NCBI GenBank assembly: GCA_022795675.1
Contig: JAAWHY010000002.1
Span: 1-32,321 of the forward strand
Reading direction: 5' to 3'
Origin: Clostridia bacterium
GTDB lineage: Bacteria; Bacillota; Clostridia; TANB77; CAG-508
Length of the DNA: 32,321 nucleotides
The notes under the pieces were generated by a model. The model was given only the letters and a program-made list of their open reading frames with translations, was not told the origin of the DNA and made no database searches. Position 1 is the first letter of the stretch. Every line of letters starts with the position of its first letter. A program made the position numbers and the translations under genes. Positions 8,647-18,269 of the stretch are shown piece by piece.

Positions 8647-10368
8647 TCAAGTGGTTATTTTTATCATTGCATTTTTTAATTCTTCTAATTCTTTTTGTGC
8701 TTCTTCATTGCTGTTTGCTTTTATTCCGAAGTACATTTTTATTTTTGGTTCTGTTCCTGATGGACGTATACAACACCAGTTGTCATTTTCTAGTTCATAG
8801 TATATTACATTTGATTTTGGTAGTTCTGTAGCTTTTTCTTCCCCTGTTTTTAAGTTTTTATATTTCATTAGTTCGTAATCAGATATTGATATTATATTGT
8901 GATTTCCTATTTGTTTTGGTAATTTGTTTCTTATTTTTTCCATTGTTTCTTTTATCTTTATTGCTCCTTCTGCTCCTTTTTTTGTTATTGTATATTGATC
9001 TTCTAGGTAGTATCCATATTTTTGATAGATATTTTGCATTTGATCATATATACTTATTCCTTTGTTTTTGTAGAATGCAGATAGTTCGCAAAGGCTCATT
9101 ATTGCTACTATTCCGTCTTTATCTCTTACATGTGTTCCTATTATACATCCAAAGCTTTCTTCATAAGAAAATAATATTTTATATTTATTATCAGTTTCGT
9201 TTTCTCTCATTATTTTTGCCATGTGTTTAAAGCCTGTTAGTGTTTTGAATAATTTTAGTTTGTATTCTTTTGCAATTGCTTCTGCTAAATTTGAGGATAC
9301 TATTGTTTTTATCATTGCTCCATTTTCTGGCATTATATTTTTTTGCTTCATTTGTGAAAATATATATTCTGCTATTAGTAAACTTGTCATATTTCCATTA
9401 AATCTTGTATATTCTCCTTTATTGTCTCTTACAAACATTCCTTCTCTGTCTGAGTCTGGATCGTTTGCAAGTATTATGTCTGCTTCTACCTTTTTTGCTA
9501 ATTCTATTGCTAGTTTAAATGCTTTTGGGTCTTCTGGGTTTGGATATTCTACTGTTGGAAAGTCTCCATCTGGTAGCATTTGTTTTTCTACTGTATATAC
9601 TTTTTTAAATCCTAATTCTGATAATACTCTTGTTACTAGTTTTCCTCCTGTTCCATGTAATGGTGTATATACTATTTTTAGTTCTTCTGCTTGTTCTTTT
9701 ATTGATTCTAGATTTAATATGTTTTTCTTTATTTCTTCTATATATCTGTCATCCATTTCTTTTCCTATTATGTTATATAGCCCTTTTTCTTCTGCTTCTT
9801 GTTTGTTCATTATTGTTATTTTTGAATAGTCTGTAATTTTGTTTACTTTGTCTATTATTCCTTTATCTATTGGTGATATTATTTGTGCCCCATCCTCCCA
9901 ATATACCTTATATCCATTGTATTCTGGTGGATTATGACTTGCTGTTATTACTATTCCTGATATACATTTTAATTCCCTTACTGCAAATGATAGTTCTGGA
10001 GTTGGTGCTAGTTCTTTAAATATATATGTTTTGATTCCTTTAGAGTTTAATATTAGTGCTACTTCTTCACTAAATTCCTTTGACATGTGCCTACAATCAT
10101 ATGCTATTGCTACTCCTCTGTCTTGCCCATTGTTCTTTATTATGTATTCTGCAAGTCCTAATGTTGCTTTTCCTACTGTGTATTTGTTCATTCTGTTTGT
10201 TCCGTAACCGATTACACCTCTTAATCCGGCTGTTCCAAATTCTAAATCTTTATAAAATCTGTCCTCTATTTCTTTTTCATCGTTTTTTATACTTTCTAAT
10301 TCTTTTTTTACTTCTTCTCCAAAGTTTGGGTTATTTAACCATTCTTCATATCTTTCTCTAAAATCCAT
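8647..10368 (-). CDS. pgm: Phosphoglucomutase / phospho-sugar mutase
   Basis: FGTAGLRG, TASHNP catalytic serine, DPDSDR metal loop, RPSGTEPKIK. Confidence 0.93.
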   Translation of the reverse strand: MDFRERYEEWLNNPNFGEEVKKELESIKNDEKEIEDRFYKDLEFGTAGLRGVIGYGTNRMNKYTVGKATLGLAEYIIKNNGQDRGVAIAYDCRHMSKEFSEEVALILNSKGIKTYIFKELAPTPELSFAVRELKCISGIVITASHNPPEYNGYKVYWEDGAQIISPIDKGIIDKVNKITDYSKITIMNKQEAEEKGLYNIIGKEMDDRYIEEIKKNILNLESIKEQAEELKIVYTPLHGTGGKLVTRVLSELGFKKVYTVEKQMLPDGDFPTVEYPNPEDPKAFKLAIELAKKVEADIILANDPDSDREGMFVRDNKGEYTRFNGNMTSLLIAEYIFSQMKQKNIMPENGAMIKTIVSSNLAEAIAKEYKLKLFKTLTGFKHMAKIMRENETDNKYKILFSYEESFGCIIGTHVRDKDGIVAIMSLCELSAFYKNKGISIYDQMQNIYQKYGYYLEDQYTITKKGAEGAIKIKETMEKIRNKLPKQIGNHNIISISDYELMKYKNLKTGEEKATELPKSNVIYYELENDNWCCIRPSGTEPKIKMYFGIKANSNEEAQKELEELKNAMIKITT

Positions 10369-10448
10369 GTTTTCCTCCTTTTATATTAGTTCAAAATAAT
10401 AAAAATATTTATTTAATGAATTTTGAACAAAAGTGAACTTCGTTCACA

Positions 10449-10508
10449 CGGACGCCCAAAGGGCGCCCCTACAATATTAAATTAAGGCACAATTTAATGC
10501 GCCCTATA
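10449..10508 (-). repeat. GTAG-type REP plus a degenerate second copy
   Basis: CGGACGCCCAAAGGGCGCCCCTACA (10449..10473) and GGCACAATTTAATGCGCCCTATA (10486..10508). Confidence 0.75.
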
Positions 10509-10517
10509 TATTTTATA

Positions 10518-11393
10518 TTATATATCTAATCCTTTTAAGAATTTTATGAATGGCTCTCTTAGTTCTGGTCTGTTTAAAGTTTCATCTACTGCTGCCATTA
10601 CAAATCCTAATTTGTCTCCTGAATCAAATCTCTTGCTTTTGTAATCATACGCATATACTCCTTCTTTTGTGTCTACCATTGCATTATATGCGTCTGTTAC
10701 TTGTATTTCTCCACCTTGACCTGGTTTTGTTTTTGCTAAGTATTCAAATATTTCTGGCATTAATACATGTCTATCGGAGATTGCTAAGTTTGATTTTGTT
10801 TCTGATATTTGTGGTTTTTCTTGTAATTTTTCTGCTTTGTAGAAACCATCAGATATTTGTACTCCTGATACATTTCCATATCTAGGTACATCTTTCCAGT
10901 CTACTTTTTCTACTCCTATTACAGATCCTCCACATTCTTCATGCTTTTCTATTATTTCTCTTAAACATGGCTTTTCTCCATGAAATACAACATCTCCATA
11001 TAGAATCGCAAATGGCTCATTTCCAATTATGTCTTTTGCTTGATATATCGCATGACCTAATCCTTTTGCTCCTCCATCTTGTTCTATAAAATGGATTTTT
11101 GCTCCATGTGATATATTTGTAACGAATGGTAAAAATTTTTCTTTATTTCTTTCGATTAAAAACTTTTTTAATTCTTCATCTTCTTTAAAATAATCTTGAA
11201 CTACTTCCTTCTTTCTTCCTATTACCATTACTATTTCTTCAATTCCTGATTCAACAGCTTCATCAACAATATATTGAATTATTGGTTTATCCAATATTGT
11301 TAACATACATTTAGGAACTGATTTGCATGCAGGTAAGAATCTTGTGGCAAATCCAGCAATTGGTATAACGGCTTTTTTTACGCTCATTTTCAT
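10518..11393 (-). CDS. galU: UTP--glucose-1-phosphate uridylyltransferase
   Basis: KKAVIPIAGFATRFLP, KGLGHAI, EKP, GGEIQVTDA, RFDSGDKLG; adjacent to pgm. Confidence 0.88.
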   Translation of the reverse strand: MKMSVKKAVIPIAGFATRFLPACKSVPKCMLTILDKPIIQYIVDEAVESGIEEIVMVIGRKKEVVQDYFKEDEELKKFLIERNKEKFLPFVTNISHGAKIHFIEQDGGAKGLGHAIYQAKDIIGNEPFAILYGDVVFHGEKPCLREIIEKHEECGGSVIGVEKVDWKDVPRYGNVSGVQISDGFYKAEKLQEKPQISETKSNLAISDRHVLMPEIFEYLAKTKPGQGGEIQVTDAYNAMVDTKEGVYAYDYKSKRFDSGDKLGFVMAAVDETLNRPELREPFIKFLKGLDI

Positions 11394-11532
11394 TCCTCCT
11401 ATTATGTTAGAATATTTTAGGTTTTGCTATGTCATCGTATACCAAATTTCGTAATTTGTCAACATTATTTTCTATTATATTACATATTATTTAGTTTTCT
11501 CTCATAATAACTACATTGAAGTTTTTTTATTT

Positions 11533-12066
11533 TTATATTGCTTCTTTTCTATGTCCCTCAAACATTGATTCTACTGGATATTCGCCTGATGTATTTATGA
11601 TATACTCATGTTCATTTAATATGGAGTTTATATTACTATTGAATTCAGATACTTCATAGCAATTTATTATATTAATATGTATTCCTTCTATTTTGTCAAT
11701 ATTCATATCTAACCAATATTCAATATTTTTATTTATATTATCTATTTCCTTTTTTGTCCCATTTACTATAATTTCTATATCATTGCTAGTTTTTATTATT
11801 TTTTCCATATATTCTTTAATATAACTAAAGTCTCCTTCTTCTGTATTTTCCCAGTTTATATTTAATACTTTTGCTTTTGTTATATCATTTATATTTAATT
11901 TTGATACAAGTTCCTTTAGTTCCTTCTTAATATTATTGTTTAATATTGTGTCTATTTTAACTCCTTTTTCTACTTTTGTTACTATATGTGGTAATAACAT
12001 TGTTACCAAATGATATTCACTCACATAAAATCCACATGTTTTTCTCACACAATTTCTAAAAATCAT
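11533..12066 (-). CDS. Hypothetical protein
   Basis: 177-aa ORF with strong RBS AGGAGG. Confidence 0.75.
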   Translation of the reverse strand: MIFRNCVRKTCGFYVSEYHLVTMLLPHIVTKVEKGVKIDTILNNNIKKELKELVSKLNINDITKAKVLNINWENTEEGDFSYIKEYMEKIIKTSNDIEIIVNGTKKEIDNINKNIEYWLDMNIDKIEGIHINIINCYEVSEFNSNINSILNEHEYIINTSGEYPVESMFEGHRKEAI

Positions 12067-12292
12067 TTGAAATCCCTCCTATGTTTTACTGGAAAATTTT
12101 ACCACTATTATTTCTATCAGTCAAGCCCTTATTTATTTTTTTATATATTTCTTTTCGACATTTCCGTATGTTTATCTCACTTTTTTACTGTTATTTCTCC
12201 TTTTTTCTATATTTTTTTATTTTATTTTTTTATACAATATATTTACGAATTATTATAAATTTACTTAACAATTCAACAATGTTTTTTTTACT

Positions 12293-12321
12293 GTATATTG
12301 TTTCTTTTTTTGGAAATAATT
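12293..12321 (+). promoter_or_regulatory. Putative sigma-F-type promoter of spoIIR
   Basis: GTATA-14bp-GGAAATAAT resembles the sigma-F consensus GYATA...GGnnAnAHT; spoIIR is sigma-F controlled in B. subtilis. Confidence 0.4.
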
Positions 12322-12365
12322 ATTATATACATTTTTTTACATATCAGGAAAGGAGATTATGTTTT

Positions 12366-13007
12366 ATGAAAAAAAATATTTTTACTGCTTTTATAGTATT
12401 ATTTTTGTTATCTATATTTATAATTGTTTGTGCTAATTCTTATGTTTCTGCCGTTTCCTCTAATATTTCTTCTTCTGTTTTTAGGTTACATGTTATTGCC
12501 AATAGTGATTCTTCTGATGATCAGAATTTAAAGTATATTGTTAGGGATAGAATTTTAGATTATATGAATTCTTTAGTGGATACTAAGATTTCTTCAAAGG
12601 AGGAAATTATGAGAATTGTTTCTGAAAATTTAGAAAATTTTAGGTCTATTGCTCAAAACACGGTTTATGAGAATGGTTATGATTATAATGTTAATATTGA
12701 AATTGGAAATTTTGCTTTTCCTACCAAAGCTTACGGAGATATAGCTTTACCTTCTGGTTATTATGATGCTTTAAGAGTTTCTATTGGAGAGGCTAAGGGT
12801 AAAAACTGGTGGTGCGTGATGTTTCCTCCTTTATGTTTTGTTGACGTTTCTTCTGGTGTTGTTCCTGAAGATTCTAAGGAGACTTTGGAAGAAAGCTTAT
12901 CTGATGAAGAATATGAGCTAATTTCTGGTAGTTCTACTGAGTTTGAGGTTAAATTTAAGTTTGTAGAGTTTTTTGAGAACTTTAAAAATACATTTGCAAA
13001 AAGATAA
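12366..13007 (+). CDS. spoIIR: Stage II sporulation protein R
   Basis: FRLHVIANSDSxxDQNLK, FPTKAYG, GKNWWCVMFPPLCF. True start is ATG 12366 (RBS AGGAG, signal peptide); the track's upstream extension is spurious. Confidence 0.95.
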   Translation: MKKNIFTAFIVLFLLSIFIIVCANSYVSAVSSNISSSVFRLHVIANSDSSDDQNLKYIVRDRILDYMNSLVDTKISSKEEIMRIVSENLENFRSIAQNTVYENGYDYNVNIEIGNFAFPTKAYGDIALPSGYYDALRVSIGEAKGKNWWCVMFPPLCFVDVSSGVVPEDSKETLEESLSDEEYELISGSSTEFEVKFKFVEFFENFKNTFAKR

Positions 13008-13019
13008 CGCTCATCTAGC

Positions 13020-13115
13020 GCACATTGGGGACGTAAAAAAATGTGCAAAATTTGGAACTTACTTTTTAGTTAAGTAATAAACATTTTTGCACATTTTTTT
13101 ACGTCCCCGATGTGC
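13020..13115. repeat. Inverted pair of GCACATTGGGGACGTAAAAAAATGTGC repeats (REPIN-like)
   Basis: 13020..13050 and 13085..13115 match 30/31 as inverted repeats; a third partial copy lies at 101..122. Confidence 0.85.
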
Positions 13116-13127
13116 ACCTGATGTGCA

Positions 13128-15473
13128 TTATTTTAATTCTACTATTGTAACTCCCATTTCCCCTTCACCAAAGGTTCCATTTCTGAAGCTTTTTACATGT
13201 GGATGTGTTTTTAGATATGCTTGTATTCCGCTTCTTAGTTTCCCTGTTCCTTTTCCATGTACTATTCGTGTTGTTTTCATGCTTGTCATACTGCATTCGT
13301 CTAGATATTTGTCTATTATTGGGATTGCCTCATCTACTGTTAATCCTATTACATTTATTTCTGTTGATACATTGTTTTTTACATTTATTTCTCTTTTATT
13401 CGTCTTTTCATTTTTCACTTGAGATTCTTCATTCAAATTATTGTTTTTTATGAATATGTCTTCTATGTGAAAGTCTGTTTTTGCCATTCCTATTTGTACT
13501 CTTACCTTGTTTGATTTGTTTGATAGGCTTAATATTGTTCCTTCCTGATTTATGCTTCCAATGTATACTTTCATTCCTTTTTTTAAGTCTTCTAGTTTTG
13601 TGTCTGATTTTAATGTATTGTTTTCTATTTTTAATTCTTTTATTTCTTGATTTATATTGTTTTTTATTTTGTTCATTTTGTTTTTGTCTTCCTGTTCTGA
13701 TATTTGTTTGATAATGTCTTCTGCTTGATCTTTTGCATTTAATAGTATTTTTCTAGCTTCATATCTTGCATCATCTATAATTTTTTTTGCTTGTAGTTCT
13801 AGTTCAGTGTTGTCTCTTTCTAATTCTTTTTTTAGCCTCTCTATCTCTTTTAGGTTTTTTTCTGTTTTTTCTTTTTCTTCCTCAATTAATATTTTATTGT
13901 AATATATTTCTTTTAATACATCTTCTATATTAATGTTTTCTTTTTTGGTTAGTTCTTTTGCTCTGTTTAGTATGTGTTCTTCTAGACCTAGTCGTTTACT
14001 TATTGCAAAGGCATTACTTCTTCCTGGTACTCCCATTAATATTTTATACGTTGGTTTCATGTTTTCTACATCGAATTCTGAACTTGCATTTTCAAAGTTG
14101 TCTGTTGTTATTGCATAGTTTTTTATTTCTGAGTAGTGTGTTGTTACTATATTTATTGATTGTTTTCTATTTAGTTCTTCTAATATACTTATTGCTAAGT
14201 TTGCTCCCTCACAAGGATCTGTTCCTGAACATAGCTCATCTAATAGTATTAAACTTTTTTCTGTTGATTTTTTCATCATGTCTACTATATTTATCATGTG
14301 TGATGAGAATGTACTTAATGAGTCTGCTATGCTTTGCTCATCTCCTATGTCTGCAAATATGTTGTCAAATACATATATCGAACTTTTTTCTCCTGCTGGT
14401 ATATATAGTCCACTCATTCCCATACATGATAATAGTCCTATTGTTTTTAGTGTTACTGTTTTTCCTCCTGTGTTTGGTCCTGTTATTACTAAAGTGTTAT
14501 ATTTTTCTCCTATTTCTATGTCTACTGGTACTACTTTATTTTTGTCTATTAATGGATGTCTTGCTTTGTTCAGTTTTATTATTTTCTTATCATTTATTAT
14601 TGGTGCTACTCCATAGTTTGCTATCCCGAATTTTGCTTTTGCAAATATAAAGTCTAGTTTTCCAATTATTTTTATGTTTGTGTCTAATTCTCTAGTTATT
14701 CCCATGAATATTTCTGAAAGTTCTTGCTGTATTTTTTGAATTTCATTTGCTTCTTCTAGTTTTAAGGTATTTATTCTGTTGTTCATTTCAAATACTGGTA
14801 ATGGCTCTACAAATACTGTTGCACCACTTGCTGATATGTCGTGTACAAATCCTTTTATTTCATTTCTGTATTCTTGTTTTACTGGTATTACATATCTCCC
14901 ATTTCTTATTGTTATAAATGCTTCTTGTAAGTATTTTGAATGTAAGTAATTATTTAGTTTGTTTTTTATTTCGTTTTGTATTTGTTTTATGTTTTTTCTA
15001 ATTATATATAGATTTTTTGACGCATAATCATCTAGCGTGTTTTCATCTATAATTGATTTGAACATTTTGTCTTCTATTACTATATTTTTATATATATCAA
15101 AGAAATAGTTCCTTAATCTGTTTGTATCTACATTTTCTATTTCTGATACTTTTTCATAGTATTCTTTTAATTCCCTAGACATTTTAAGGACTTTTGCTAA
15201 TTCTAATAATTGTTTTATTGATAAATTCCCTCCTGCTTCTAGTGTTCTTAAGTGTACATTTATATCGTCTATTTCTCCTAGTGGAATTCCTCCAATTCTA
15301 TGTGTTAATATGTCTGCTTGTTCTGTTTCTTTTAAGTTTATTTGTACTTCATTTATATCAAATGATGGTTTTAAATTTCTTATCATTTCTTTTCCTAAAT
15401 ATGTTACTGAATACTCCTCTAACATTTCTAGGACTTTATTAAATTCTAATTTATCTAAATATTTCTGTTCCAT
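13128..15473 (-). CDS. mutS2: Endonuclease MutS2
   Basis: ITGPNTGGKT Walker A, DIGDEQSI, LSTFSSHM, C-terminal Smr domain (IVHGKGTGKL); start placed at MEQKYL (RBS GAGG). Confidence 0.96.
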   Translation of the reverse strand: MEQKYLDKLEFNKVLEMLEEYSVTYLGKEMIRNLKPSFDINEVQINLKETEQADILTHRIGGIPLGEIDDINVHLRTLEAGGNLSIKQLLELAKVLKMSRELKEYYEKVSEIENVDTNRLRNYFFDIYKNIVIEDKMFKSIIDENTLDDYASKNLYIIRKNIKQIQNEIKNKLNNYLHSKYLQEAFITIRNGRYVIPVKQEYRNEIKGFVHDISASGATVFVEPLPVFEMNNRINTLKLEEANEIQKIQQELSEIFMGITRELDTNIKIIGKLDFIFAKAKFGIANYGVAPIINDKKIIKLNKARHPLIDKNKVVPVDIEIGEKYNTLVITGPNTGGKTVTLKTIGLLSCMGMSGLYIPAGEKSSIYVFDNIFADIGDEQSIADSLSTFSSHMINIVDMMKKSTEKSLILLDELCSGTDPCEGANLAISILEELNRKQSINIVTTHYSEIKNYAITTDNFENASSEFDVENMKPTYKILMGVPGRSNAFAISKRLGLEEHILNRAKELTKKENINIEDVLKEIYYNKILIEEEKEKTEKNLKEIERLKKELERDNTELELQAKKIIDDARYEARKILLNAKDQAEDIIKQISEQEDKNKMNKIKNNINQEIKELKIENNTLKSDTKLEDLKKGMKVYIGSINQEGTILSLSNKSNKVRVQIGMAKTDFHIEDIFIKNNNLNEESQVKNEKTNKREINVKNNVSTEINVIGLTVDEAIPIIDKYLDECSMTSMKTTRIVHGKGTGKLRSGIQAYLKTHPHVKSFRNGTFGEGEMGVTIVELK

Positions 15474-15496
15474 TTTATCCTCGCTTTTTTTAATCA

Positions 15497-15525
15497 TTGA
15501 CAAATACGTTTTATCTGTGTATAAT
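15497..15525 (+). promoter_or_regulatory. Perfect sigma-A promoter for antisense sRNA 1
   Basis: TTGACA-17bp-TATAAT. Confidence 0.85.
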
Positions 15526-15531
15526 ATTTAT

Positions 15532-15621
15532 AGGAAAAGAGAAATCGCAGAAATGCGGTTACCTAAATAAAATTTTTAAATAACAACACATCGCTCTGCA
15601 GAAGCAAATGTGTTGTTTTTT
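15532..15621 (+). ncRNA. Putative type I antitoxin sRNA 1 (~90 nt)
   Basis: Consensus promoter, no plausible CDS, ends in hairpin AACAACACAT...ATGTGTTGTT plus U-tract; convergent on the small toxin-like ORF. Confidence 0.7.
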
Positions 15622-15727
15622 ATATTTGTCTATTTACCCATTGTATGTAGATTATACATAGCAAGGCAATATTTATGGTTACTGAAATCATTAATCCCAT
15701 AATTAGGAATGCCAATACTCCTACCAT
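15620..15727 (-). CDS. 35-aa hydrophobic peptide, putative type I toxin 1 (MVGVLAFLIMGLMISVTINIALLCIIYIQWVNRQI)
   Basis: RBS AAGGAGGTGA; promoter TTGCTT-17bp-TATATT at 15811..15839; 25/35 identical to the paralogue at 20467..20574. Confidence 0.8.
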   Translation of the reverse strand: MVGVLAFLIMGLMISVTINIALLCIIYIQWVNRQI

Positions 15728-15808
15728 TAGCCTCACCTCCTTACTCTCGATTGTTTATCGAGGTTCAGAGGTAACACACACATCCACTAAATTTCTCTTT
15801 TCTAGATT

Positions 15809-15931
15809 TTAATATACTATATTTTTTACTAAAAAGCAAGTGTTTGTTTTACTTAAATCAGATTTTTTTATTGGATTGTAAATTTTATTTATATAATCAT
15901 AACTGCTTGAATGTGATATATATATCTTCAT
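15809..15931 (-). pseudogene. Truncated gene start (MKIYISHSSSYDYINKIYNPIKKS...), TIR / nucleoside-deoxyribosyltransferase-like first strand
   Basis: Very strong RBS GAGGAGGAG; the 40-codon frame runs into the toxin promoter and stops. Confidence 0.5.
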
Positions 15932-16176
15932 TTATTACTCCTCCTCAACAGCTTGATTATATCATAAAGGATTTGCATATACTATATAAATATTAGAAAT
16001 TTTGATAATGAGTAATATTTATGTTTTTTATATTTACAAATTTATTTGTCAAAATATTAAATTTCATAATATAATTGAATTCACTTGTTCTATTAACATA
16101 AACTGTTGAATTTACCTAAATAAAATGTTATAATGTATATATGGAATATTTTGTCTATTTTAGTGAGGTGTTGTTT

Positions 16177-18080
16177 ATGGATAAAAGATATAATAGTAAT
16201 AGTGGTATATCTGTTCAACTTATAGTTTCAAAAATAGAACAAGAACTGAATAATAGATTTACTCCCCCTCAAAAAGATAGAAAAGTTAAAAAACACGTAA
16301 AATAGGTACTTTATCGACTTCTGATAGAAAACAACTTAGTTTGGGACTTCAAGTTTTAGAAAGAATAGTGACTGAAGGATTTGATAGTGAGGAACGAAAA
16401 TTATTGTCAGGTAAAACTGATGTAAGCAAACTTAGAAAAGATATCATTGGCTATAGGAGGTTAATGGAGAGTTTTATACGAAAACTTTCAATTGATGCTA
16501 ACAATATGTATGAATTACAGCAAAGAATAGATTTACTATCTGATTATTCTGAAATCGCTCAGGCCGCTAGAGATGGGATAATTTTAAAACAAGAAACTAG
16601 AACCGAAATAGTTAATGGAGAACCTAAAGAGGTAATTTATGATACTAGTATTACACCCAAAGAAGTCTTACATATTTTGAAGGAATATCAAAGTGAACGT
16701 GATAAGCTTGAATTTAACAGGCTTAGTAATTATTTAGGATTGGGCTTCGGGTTGGCAGGTACATTAGGTGCAATGTTTAGTGAACATAAGAATAATGGCA
16801 AAAAAGTAACTTCTTTAATAGCTTTGGGAACTACAGCTGTAAGTGGATTAAAATTGCTTGAAGGAGTTAAAGATCCTGATATTAGCAAAAGGTTTGACTT
16901 AATTCATCAAATGTTTAATATGGAAGATGATTTCTTAGAAATTGAACATATTAGTCATAAATCTAAAACAGATGATTTAAAAAATATAGAACAAGTCGAA
17001 CATGAAGCTCAAACATTATCAAATAAAATTGAAAATAAAGGGCTAGCACTTCGTATGACTTCAGATTTAGCAATAGCTTTGATATCTGGGATATATACTA
17101 ATTATACAACTACAACTCGAGCAAATGGAAAAATTGATGGAGCATCATTGTCTTCTTCAATAATTAGTTTAAATAACGCAGGTTCAAAAATGAATTCTTT
17201 TGCTAATATTATAAGACGTATTTCGATTGATAAAGAGGAAAATGAAAGTTTTGAAGAAATTTGTAAGATAGCAAGGAATATATTAGATCAAATGGAGGAA
17301 AAGGTATATCCTTTAAAAGGTGCTACACATCCTTTTGATTCATTTGAAATAGCTGATTTTACTGGCAATTTTTATCCCAAAAAAGATTATAATACTGGTG
17401 AAGTAAATTATTGTTCTACTATTAAGATTCCTGAGTTTAGTATGAAAAGAGGAGATGTTGTTTTATTATCAGGAGAGTCTGGTACTGGAAAAAGCACTTT
17501 TTTAAGATTTTTGAAACGTGGAGATATAAATAATAGAAAAGCAATAAAATTAGATAATAATGAAATGGTAGATAGTCTAGGGAATGAATATATCTCTTTT
17601 AGACCTAGTATAGAACTGGGTGATGAAACTAATGTGCTATATCAAATAACAGGAAAATCTAGTATTTCTGATTTGTCTGAAGAAGAGCAATTTAATTTAC
17701 TATCTATACTAAAAGAATTGAAATTTACTTCACCAGATTTATTGAATAAATTAGCTTCAAAAAAATTTATGGAGTTTTCTACTGGTCAACAAAAAAGATT
17801 AGCTTTATCGAAGTTATTTTATAGGATTGATGATGGAACTTCTGTGATTATTGTGGATGAACCTGTTGGGAATGTAGAAGATAGTTTAATTAAAGAACAG
17901 TTTGAAATGATTAAAAATTATGCAATGAGTAGAAATGTTATGTTATTATTAACTACACATCGCCTAGATTTAGCAGAGGAATTTGCTACTAAACGCTATA
18001 ATATTAATAATTCAGGTGTTTTAGAGCAATTACCTATTAAAAAGAAAGAGCTTAAAGAAGAATTTTGTCCTGAAATGTAG
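16177..18080 (+). CDS. Atypical ABC ATP-binding protein with a long N-terminal region; 5' end frameshifted near 16290-16302
   Basis: Walker A GESGTGKST, signature FSTGQQKR, Walker B IIVDEP, H-loop TTHR. RBS GAGGTG plus ATG 16177 opens a 42-codon frame that joins the 16341 ORF by a -1 shift in an A-run; TTG 16341 has no RBS. Confidence 0.7.
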
Positions 18081-18118
18081 CATATGAGGCAGTTTTCCCT
18101 CATATGCTACATTTTTTT
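18073..18118 (+). terminator. Intrinsic terminator after ABC gene
   Basis: AAATGTAGCATATGAGG/CCTCATATGCTACATTT stem plus U-tract. Confidence 0.8.
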
Positions 18119-18269
18119 ACTAATGCACAATTCTACATAAGCCTCTATAACTTTATAGTTTTATATTTAAGGTTCCTCTTAAACATTTTATAACCTATTG
18201 TTTTTTTTTTTTTTTTATGTTATATTAAGTTTGCTTATAGTAAAATATTAACTTTAAGGAGGTTTCGAC

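Noticed and set aside
10518-11393. galU motif deviations (AGFATR, PKCM, ISDRH) as a sign of an inactive GalF-like protein
   Set aside because: Key Arg, Lys, EKP and Asp residues remain and the gene sits with pgm; not enough to claim altered function.
12081-12365. Long hydrophobic N-terminal extension of spoIIR in the ORF track
   Set aside because: T-rich intergenic sequence open by chance; RBS and signal peptide mark ATG 12366.
2068-15570. Many Leu/Phe-rich + strand ORFs overlapping minus-strand genes
   Set aside because: Antisense shadows caused by A-rich coding strands; no RBS or motifs.
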